Assembly (NCBI GenBank): GCA_040954595.2
Contig: JBECUI020000068.1
Location: forward strand, 1 to 33,404
DNA length: 33,404 nt
Origin: Balanoglossus misakiensis
Taxonomy: Eukaryota; Animalia; Hemichordata
Direction of reading: 5' to 3'
This document shows, piece by piece, positions 29,001 through 33,404 of the stretch. The first letter of the stretch is position 1. Every line of letters begins with the position of its first letter. Position numbers and translations under genes: made by a program. The notes under the pieces were generated by a model, which had not been told where the DNA came from, ran no database searches, and was given only the letters and a program-made list of their open reading frames with translations.

Positions 29001-31055
29001 GCTGGAATATATGAGATCCGGATAGAAGCGAGCAATAGTAGCTATGGCGGTGCCATAATGGCAGTTCTTTCAGGAACGGTAGCAAAAATTTCACTTCCCG
29101 ACAATGCATTCGCTTACGGTATTCTTGCCCGAGCACCGGGAAATACCGGAAGCACAACGAGTTATTCACTGCAAACAAATGACATTCCCGCCGATAGCGG
29201 AACAATAGGATACAGCATGACTCCTTCTATCTCGGGTATAAGTATCGATGCAGGAACGGGGGAAATAACGGTGGATGATACCACCGTTCCGGGTGGATAC
29301 CAACTGCACGTTACCCTCTCCACCGACAACTATGTGGAACAATCAGTTGATCTGTATCTCTATGTCGGAGACAGTAATCTGATATACAAAGGAAACTTTA
29401 ATGTAGCATCACAGGCATACTTTAGCATAGGAGATATTGCCAATCCGTTCCTTGTTAGTCTTGCAGATAGTACTGGAACGGGAATAACAGCAAGGCTGGT
29501 GATAGGAGATGGAAGCAATACCTTGTACGATAGCGCAGATACAGCAGATACGGTTACGGTAGATACGGCAGGGAATGTCGGCATAGGTCCGATAGGAGCA
29601 AATCAGCAAAGCATTGATTGGAACTGGGCGGCCTTGAGCGGAATAACAACGGTTCAGATAACGATCAGTGTAACCGACGGGAGTAATTCCGACAGTAAGA
29701 CAGTTTCGATAGCAAAGAGTGGGGACGGGGATATTTACACATGGCGAGACCTTCAGGCAATGGCAGACAAGCTGGATGGTGCATACGAACTGAAATCGGA
29801 TATCGACTTTCCAACTAAGGGAACAATCGGACTGGCAACTACCGGATTTATTCCAGTTGGAGATACAACGACGACCTTTATGGGAAGTTTGAGCGGAGGA
29901 ACAGGATATGTTATTCGGAACTTTGTCATAGACGATGCAACCAGAGTTCGAGCAGGACTCTTCGGGGTAGCTACGGGAAATGTTGCAAGCAATCTTGTTT
30001 TTATTGATCCTTCAGTGAGAGCACGGGCGGGAGCAGGGGTTCTTGCAGGGGAAGGAAGAAGTGGGACCGTAGAATCCATTCATATTCGGGTAACGAAACC
30101 GCAAAACGTTGTAAGCACAACCGGTTCAGCAAATTTAGTGGCCCATGACTCTGGTGCCTATGCCGGGGGCATAATGGGATACAGTAATCGCATGCATGTA
30201 CGTCGGGCTGAAAATGGCGGAAATGTGAGTGGATCAAATAATATCGTTGGCGGACTTGTGGGCTATGCCCAGAATGCACAGGTGGAAGGCTGGACAAGCG
30301 GGGATGTACTTGGAGGTTATTATGTAGGGGGGCTTGTAGCATACATAGAGAATTCTCGTATTATTGGCTACTCGCTTGGAAATATTACTGGTGGTGCCTC
30401 CTATGTAGGAGGACTTGTCGGATTCATCGTATCGGGCACCGTCTATGGCTATTCAAGAGGAATAGTGAGTGGGCTCGACTTCCTTGGGGGACTGGTAGGA
30501 TCTATGGGAAATATCCTTATTGGATATAGCACTGCCACGATAGATGCAAGAAATACCCTGTCTGGTGGCTTAGTCGGATTACTTGAGCTTTCAAATGTAC
30601 TGACAGGACTTTCCTTTATTACAAGAACAGGGGCAAGGCGAGAAAATACCGGCGGGTTAGCAGGTGATGTAGACTATGGACATAATCTGGAATTATACGG
30701 CTATTTTAGTTTAGCTACTACCGGATTAGCCGCTAATAGAGGCATAACTTCACCAGATACTTTGAAAGCTTCCGAATATGGACCGCTGACGAGTGAGAGC
30801 AGTCTTGAAAGACGCGGAACGGGCACACCCGACGATCCGTATACCTACTGGGACGACGATGGCGATTCTACTACCTCAACTGCCGGTACACAACTCTTTA
30901 CGAATACAAATGGGTTTACCATTCATCAGAGCACAGGAGGAACAGTGAACCATTTGGGAGACTGGGTCTGGTTGGGGAACGGCAAAGCACCAAACCTCTG
31001 GGATACGGATGACAAACGCTACTTTGGCGATCAGCCCGAGTATAAGGAAGAATAA
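23031..31055 (+). CDS. Giant surface lipoprotein (~2674 aa): multiple fibronectin type III and Ig-like (BIG2-type) domains, further Ig/cadherin-like repeats, C-terminal GLUG-like repeats
   Basis: Lipobox FVFS|C20. FN3 patterns (ITVSW..P, GLEPQVEYSVAV, YEVRIRALN), BIG2 patterns (VRWASTDESIVTVTDAGRIHAV), GISID.TG.I.V repeats and repeated VGGLVG. The ORF-track start TTG 22968 is actually the -35 box. Confidence 0.9.
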   Translation: MRSVLIATTLVVFFAFVFSCGGTATSGNIPDPVNALSAHFRAGDSITVSWQAPTTGEHSYSVIIRDPNQDIIAEVTATSPSHTFEGLLFAPNTIYTVEVSTVSGESSSPVVQITLPATGDVVDAGSTADNIATLPGNNPSNEITVTWNAPNNLVQQPTGYTIHLTPAGGETQEILIDDASKVSHTISGLEPQVEYSVAVSVRYNNGRSTIITAPERIQTSVAPLTITRDVSSTAINLSWNPIAPDLTYSVYLSTEAPSTVDILIDDANKQDAAIFDSLLNEWSLYIDGLTAAMTYYITVSATGGEIVENSGILSIETQASGERAPEIVSSITKLLSEKTRGSLAFSWKDVQGTDIDGNHVPSIYTVQYRKFGTTEWKNESVSSPTSGNPTVTLTELDEAAEYLIRIQAVNSTNDTLISGWSEEVTLAANGIKPFVIQDGGGNAIERHTITLGNQYTLILSAGTFVNVENTEVRWASTDESIVTVTDAGRIHAVGSGNVSISATAGADPSKTDSVVITVPPVQIEGIASARAITLSWHSVPGVQYSVYRTSTASTSAESVVQQANRVSLTPTSSDGTETVTIDGLNPQTDYYVVVTLIGGAINEMSSLLTITTNSVQATNPGEVNEIKKNLSEKTIGSLTITWTQEDRQGTNTTGNFVASIYEVEYRKVGTIDWISAPIVPVGEALSRTFSGLDETENYEVRIRALNSSDQTLAGDWSVAGPFLANGIKPFVIQDVDGNSITELDLGLGQTTRLSLAAGTFVNVANTRVLWESSSNTVVTITDTGRIAVVGSGEAIITATAEADDSKSDTVRITVPKLNVLFTSAAGSIVLSWHSIPSVSYAVYRTTTVSTTAEEVIQEANRLSLSPVSSEGKETITMGGLSPRSTYYIVVTVTGNSIDENSELLIVSTAGVEATNPGEVNEIRKDLGEKTIGTLKITWTQEDRQGTDTAGNFVASSYEVAYRKVGAIDWISAVAIEENLSKTLSGLDGTENYEVRIRALNSSNQTLASEWRVAGPFPANGIRDLVIHDANGAVATLTVPVGTSTQLQIPSDTWVNVENRNVLWTSGDPSIIRVSNGLVTALSDGSSTVQAVADADDTKRVEITIDVPGFGTITPRVTRTSIDFNWESITSVPLTYRVYLSTSETDLISEGNKHTPTLSGNTWSILIGGLNPESNYFAIITATSIDISVQSPVLPIRTEDSQAEAPPSVANVAKDLTEQGLGALKITWDAVQGKDIDGSLVASKYNIQYRLHGTTTWTEVDSDTPSITLSSLAGAEEYDVQIRAVNSLVTYLTSNWSSVITLKANGIGSIRISKADGSELTEVDRTILIPNTLALSADLVAENISDRGVQWGVENANPTVAGETVATISTDGVVTAVSSGTIEVTVVSVLDTSKSDRITLTVDSQAEAPPSVANVVKDLTEQGLGALKITWDAVQGKDVDGSLVASKYNIQYRLHGTSTWTEVDSDTPSITLSSLAEAKEYDVQIRAVNSIIPSLMSNWSAEVTLKANGIDSIRIIKADGSELTQEGLFTSNTLALLASFVAENISDHGVQWGVENENPTVAGETVATIGTDGLVTTVSPGTIEVTVVSVLDSSKTDRITLTVIQAPTAPTVPRIGTVNFVAVDTDGTYRLTVDWSEPTDPGMLLGGGPATIIGYTLSWGSGQQEVGNVLSYTITGLDLDTIYSITVIARNEGAESPASVAVRTKRVLNIPVADLPYYNQPILKVYGTASEYYNLQKDALGGLEQASQWRYQLSSVTPQQSGFSVQDYATSGSHYRHGLLSIANTVPVGIYQIETRITRNNYWGEIIVNAEVRITAIQLSNYRMEYGPLADAREGVAQSYHPSVNTIPSAAAATYSITALSGSLPVGISIDADGTIQVADSLLPATYPVRVTATPTTSNYGGTLTTDLVITVVEANAITGSMSYPVIDHPYNDADPKTYTPTVVDLPSGLTADLLSYRITSVRRNDIDIPSYTGIITIDAAGIITMSTTAQAGIYEIRIEASNSSYGGAIMAVLSGTVAKISLPDNAFAYGILARAPGNTGSTTSYSLQTNDIPADSGTIGYSMTPSISGISIDAGTGEITVDDTTVPGGYQLHVTLSTDNYVEQSVDLYLYVGDSNLIYKGNFNVASQAYFSIGDIANPFLVSLADSTGTGITARLVIGDGSNTLYDSADTADTVTVDTAGNVGIGPIGANQQSIDWNWAALSGITTVQITISVTDGSNSDSKTVSIAKSGDGDIYTWRDLQAMADKLDGAYELKSDIDFPTKGTIGLATTGFIPVGDTTTTFMGSLSGGTGYVIRNFVIDDATRVRAGLFGVATGNVASNLVFIDPSVRARAGAGVLAGEGRSGTVESIHIRVTKPQNVVSTTGSANLVAHDSGAYAGGIMGYSNRMHVRRAENGGNVSGSNNIVGGLVGYAQNAQVEGWTSGDVLGGYYVGGLVAYIENSRIIGYSLGNITGGASYVGGLVGFIVSGTVYGYSRGIVSGLDFLGGLVGSMGNILIGYSTATIDARNTLSGGLVGLLELSNVLTGLSFITRTGARRENTGGLAGDVDYGHNLELYGYFSLATTGLAANRGITSPDTLKASEYGPLTSESSLERRGTGTPDDPYTYWDDDGDSTTSTAGTQLFTNTNGFTIHQSTGGTVNHLGDWVWLGNGKAPNLWDTDDKRYFGDQPEYKEE
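24312..26090 (+). repeat. Intragenic tandem duplication, period 888 bp (296 aa; BIG2+FN3+FN3)
   Basis: Anchor sequences recur at 24312/25200 (GCAAATGGAATCAAACCCTTTGTCATACA) and 24879/25767 (GCAACAAAYCCCGGAGAAGTCAATGAGATTA). Confidence 0.88.
26625..27836 (+). repeat. Intragenic tandem duplication, period 609 bp (203 aa; FN3+BIG2)
   Basis: GATTCGCARGCAGAAGCACCACCAAGTGTCGCTAATGTGG at 26625 and 27234. The DSQAEAPPSVANV...DRITLTV units are near-identical. Confidence 0.92.
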
Positions 31056-31071
31056 GTACAAAATATGCTCT

Positions 31072-31106
31072 AGCCCCTTTCCACCAAGGAGAGGGGTTTG
31101 CTTTGT
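31072..31106 (+). terminator. Probable intrinsic terminator of the giant lipoprotein gene
   Basis: AGCCCCTTTCC / GGAGAGGGGTT stem followed by TGCTTTGT, 16 bp after the stop codon. Confidence 0.55.
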
Positions 31107-31168
31107 ATGTAGAAGGAGTAGGTGAAGTTTTGTGATGGGTTTCCATTTATTATTTCATCTACTTTTTT

Positions 31169-31871
31169 TGTATAAGCCCCGCCATCCACAACCCCACTTA
31201 ATCAGGGGCGGTATTAAGAATTACTGCGAAATCCGTGCCTTTGCTTGAAGTTTGAGCGTGGGAATTGATCTTGTAGGGTGCTTTCTTCTGATAATTTTTA
31301 CTTAAAATTATACTTAAAATTTATGTATGAACTCCGCCATCCACAACCCCCACCCATCAGGGGCGGTATTAAGAATTACTGCGAAATCCGTGCCTTTGCT
31401 TGAAGTTTGTGCGAAGGGATTGATCTTGTAGGGTGCTTTCTTCTGATAATTTTTTACTTAAAATTATACTTAAAATTTATGTATATGCCCCGCCATCCAC
31501 AACCCCCACCCATCAGGGGTGGTATCAATAATTACCACAAAAAGTGGCTGTTTGCTTGAGCCTTTGCCCGGCCGGCACACAAGAATCTCCGTGTACCCCT
31601 GTTAAACTACTACACAAATGTTAAGTAGTTTTTTTTGTATGAGCTCCGCCATCCACAGCCCCCACCCTTCAAGGGGCGGTATCAATAACTACCACAAAAA
31701 GTGGCAGTTTGCTTGAGGTTTGAGCGAAGGAATTGATCTTGTAGGGTGGTTTCTTCTGATAATTTTTTACTTAAAATTATACTTAAAATTTATGTATAAG
31801 CCCCCATCCACAACCCCCACCCTTCAAGGGGCGGTATCAATAACTACCACAAAATCTGCCCCTTTGCTTGA
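31169..31871. repeat. Right mosaic repeat array: five ~80-bp blocks with linkers Y,Y,X,Y
   Basis: Blocks at 31169-31248, 31324-31403, 31480-31559, 31636-31716 and 31793-31871, with periods of 155, 156, 156 and 157 bp. Confidence 0.95.
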
Positions 31872-31949
31872 AGTTTCCCCATTCCCTTCATAAAAAACAG
31901 CACCTTTCTTAAAGAAAGCAACCCCCTTTATCGCACGAAAAAAAAACCC

Positions 31950-32045
31950 TTACAAATGTAATACCGTTTTCAGGGAGTATTGTTTGGCAGTTGCAATAAC
32001 AGCAAAGCATAGCAATAGCAACCCAGCAAATATTTCTTTTTTCAT
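31950..32045 (-). CDS. 31-aa hydrophobic ORF MKKEIFAGLLLLCFAVIATAKQYSLKTVLHL (signal-peptide-like)
   Basis: Manual translation; it is below the ORF-track length cutoff. It has a basic n-region, a hydrophobic h-region and an A-T-A cleavage-like site. Confidence 0.4.
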   Translation of the reverse strand: MKKEIFAGLLLLCFAVIATAKQYSLKTVLHL

Positions 32046-32226
32046 AATCTGAAACCTATTTTTATCGCACTTATATTTAAGTTTATTACTACAATTAGTC
32101 AACAGACAAGTGCATGCTTGCACAAGTATTTTGTATGAACGGAAAACCCCCTATTGAAATTTTGGCTTAAGTGTGATTATTGCAGACCTTGATATATTTC
32201 TTTATCTATGCTAGAAAGATGTGGGT

Positions 32227-33404
32227 ATGAAGTGGATGAACGTCATAAGGCAGAATTTTTTCTCCAAGCTTAGTTTGCGTGGGAAAAGAAGAATAATTAT
32301 CATTACTTTTCTTTTACTTATCTCAGTTATAGTTTTCCTTGCAGTCATTGTTGCACAGAATCAGCAGTTTTCGCCAATTCATCAACTATTTTCACAAGTT
32401 ACTAACAATTATGTTGATGAAATCCAGGCGGATACGCTCATCCAGGGTGCACTAGATGGTATGATGTCTGCCGTAGACGATCCGTACAGTGCTCTTTTAT
32501 CCGAAGAAGAGATTATGCGGCTGGAGGGAATGGTAGTAGGAACCTTTGGCGGTCTTGGTATGTATGTTGATAAACAGCGTAATGAATCTCAACAGAGCTA
32601 TCTTGAGGTCATCTCACCGATTATTGATACTCCGGCGTCGCGTCGGGGACTTCGCTCAGGAGATCTAATACTGGAAATTGATGGGGTGAGCACTGACAGT
32701 ATGACTCTGCATGAAGCGGTAGCCCTCTTGCGAGGAGAAGTCGGATCACAGGTAAGTTTAAGCATTCAACGGTTATCAGCTAATCCCTTTCAGGTTACTC
32801 TCACCCGTGCCAAAATTCAGATACCAACCATTGGCTACGAAATGATTGACGATAACATTGGGTATGTCCGTGTTTTTGTATTCACCTTTTTGACTGGAGA
32901 AAAAATTCGCGATGCCGTATTAGCATTACTAGACCAAGGCATGCAAAAACTTATTATTGATTTGCGTGAAAACGGAGGAGGCTCCCTAGAGGGTGCAATC
33001 CGTGCCGCAGATCCGTTTTTTAGTAATCAGCCAGTTGTATCAATTCAGGGAAGAGACGGACAGGGAAGAGTCGTACACATGACAGCCGATGGGGCACTTG
33101 TTCCGAATACAATACCGATTCTGGTATTGATAAATAAAGGTTCGGCATCAGCATCCGAGATCATTGCCGGTGCTTTCAAGGACCATGGTCGGGCAAAACT
33201 CTTGGGCACCACCACCTATGGGAAGGGGTCGGTGCAACAGATAATTAGTATTGATACATTTGCCTTCCGCATGACCACTGCACGTTATTATACTCCTGCA
33301 GGGAACAACATTGACTCGGTTGGCATTGACCCGGACATTGTTGTAGAAGAACGGACATTAACCGATGAAGAGATTCTTGCTTATACAGAACTGAGCATTA
33401 GTAA
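32227..33404 (+). CDS. ctpA: S41A carboxyl-terminal processing protease (CtpA-like), copy 2; truncated by the window end
   Basis: Manual translation from ATG 32227 stays open to the end of the window: N-terminal TM, LIQGALDGM, DPYS, GTFGGLGMYVDKQRN, DLRENGGG, SASASE and TYGKGSVQQIISI. It is absent from the ORF track because it has no stop codon in the window. Confidence 0.92.
   Translation, partial: MKWMNVIRQNFFSKLSLRGKRRIIIITFLLLISVIVFLAVIVAQNQQFSPIHQLFSQVTNNYVDEIQADTLIQGALDGMMSAVDDPYSALLSEEEIMRLEGMVVGTFGGLGMYVDKQRNESQQSYLEVISPIIDTPASRRGLRSGDLILEIDGVSTDSMTLHEAVALLRGEVGSQVSLSIQRLSANPFQVTLTRAKIQIPTIGYEMIDDNIGYVRVFVFTFLTGEKIRDAVLALLDQGMQKLIIDLRENGGGSLEGAIRAADPFFSNQPVVSIQGRDGQGRVVHMTADGALVPNTIPILVLINKGSASASEIIAGAFKDHGRAKLLGTTTYGKGSVQQIISIDTFAFRMTTARYYTPAGNNIDSVGIDPDIVVEERTLTDEEILAYTELSIS

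Larger units (their letters stand above)
31070..32045 (-). pseudogene. Decayed small secreted-protein gene containing the right repeat array
   Basis: Signal peptide from ATG 32045. After a frameshift it reads ENGITFVRVFFRAIKGVAFFKKGAVFYEGNGETSSKGADFVVVIDTAP, and beyond the array GVVDGGAYTKKVDEIINGNPSQNFTYSFYIQSKPLSLVERG*. A paralogous remnant lies at 22444-22857. Confidence 0.5.

Noticed and set aside
30916-31146. 76-aa minus-strand ORF overlapping the end of the giant gene
   Set aside because: It is antisense to a strong CDS and has no recognisable features. The protein-like frame in this region is a different one, ending at 31070.
31658-31712. Resemblance of AGCCCCCACCCTTCAAGGGG and TCAATAACTACCAC...GTGG to IS200/IS605 or IscB end hairpins
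   Set aside because: The hairpins are imperfect and not conserved in all blocks, and there is no tnpA/tnpB/iscB nearby. The similarity is too weak to call.
31169-31871. CRISPR array interpretation of the periodic repeats
   Set aside because: The blocks (~80 bp) and linkers (~75 bp) are too long, the linkers recur rather than being unique, and there are no cas genes in the window.
22505-31871. Integron attC cassette or composite transposon
   Set aside because: No RYYYAAC...GTTRRRY pairing in the blocks, no integrase or transposase ORF, and no terminal inverted repeats or target duplication seen.

Overview
This is the replication-origin region of a bacterial chromosome, most likely a spirochaete (Spirochaetia). 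The evidence is the divergent gyrA-gyrB / dnaA-dnaN-recF-dciA layout, the PIWGKMLNVEK motif in GyrB and spirochaete-type lipoboxes. The left third is housekeeping: adenosine deaminase, a parS site, gyrAB, dnaA, an oriC with DnaA-trios, dnaN, recF and DciA. The middle holds a three-gene cluster of secreted proteins sharing Trp/Asp/Asn-rich 'WDNDG' tails, a PhyH-type dioxygenase, a lipoprotein hydrolase, a GT4 glycosyltransferase, lgt, ctpA, fxsA, a frameshifted phosphohexomutase and cobB. The right third is the most unusual part. An 8-kb gene for a giant FN3/Ig/GLUG lipoprotein has a 21-G tract just upstream of its promoter. It is bracketed by direct-orientation arrays of a mosaic ~156-bp unit: 2 copies of an 80-bp block on the left and 5 on the right, joined by two alternative linker types. 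Read on the minus strand, both arrays lie inside decayed, paralogous reading frames for a small secreted protein and show codon-like variation. They could be a silent-cassette or recombination archive, or a decayed gene family with internal amplification. The window ends inside a second ctpA paralogue. All calls come from reading the sequence by eye; no database searches were run.
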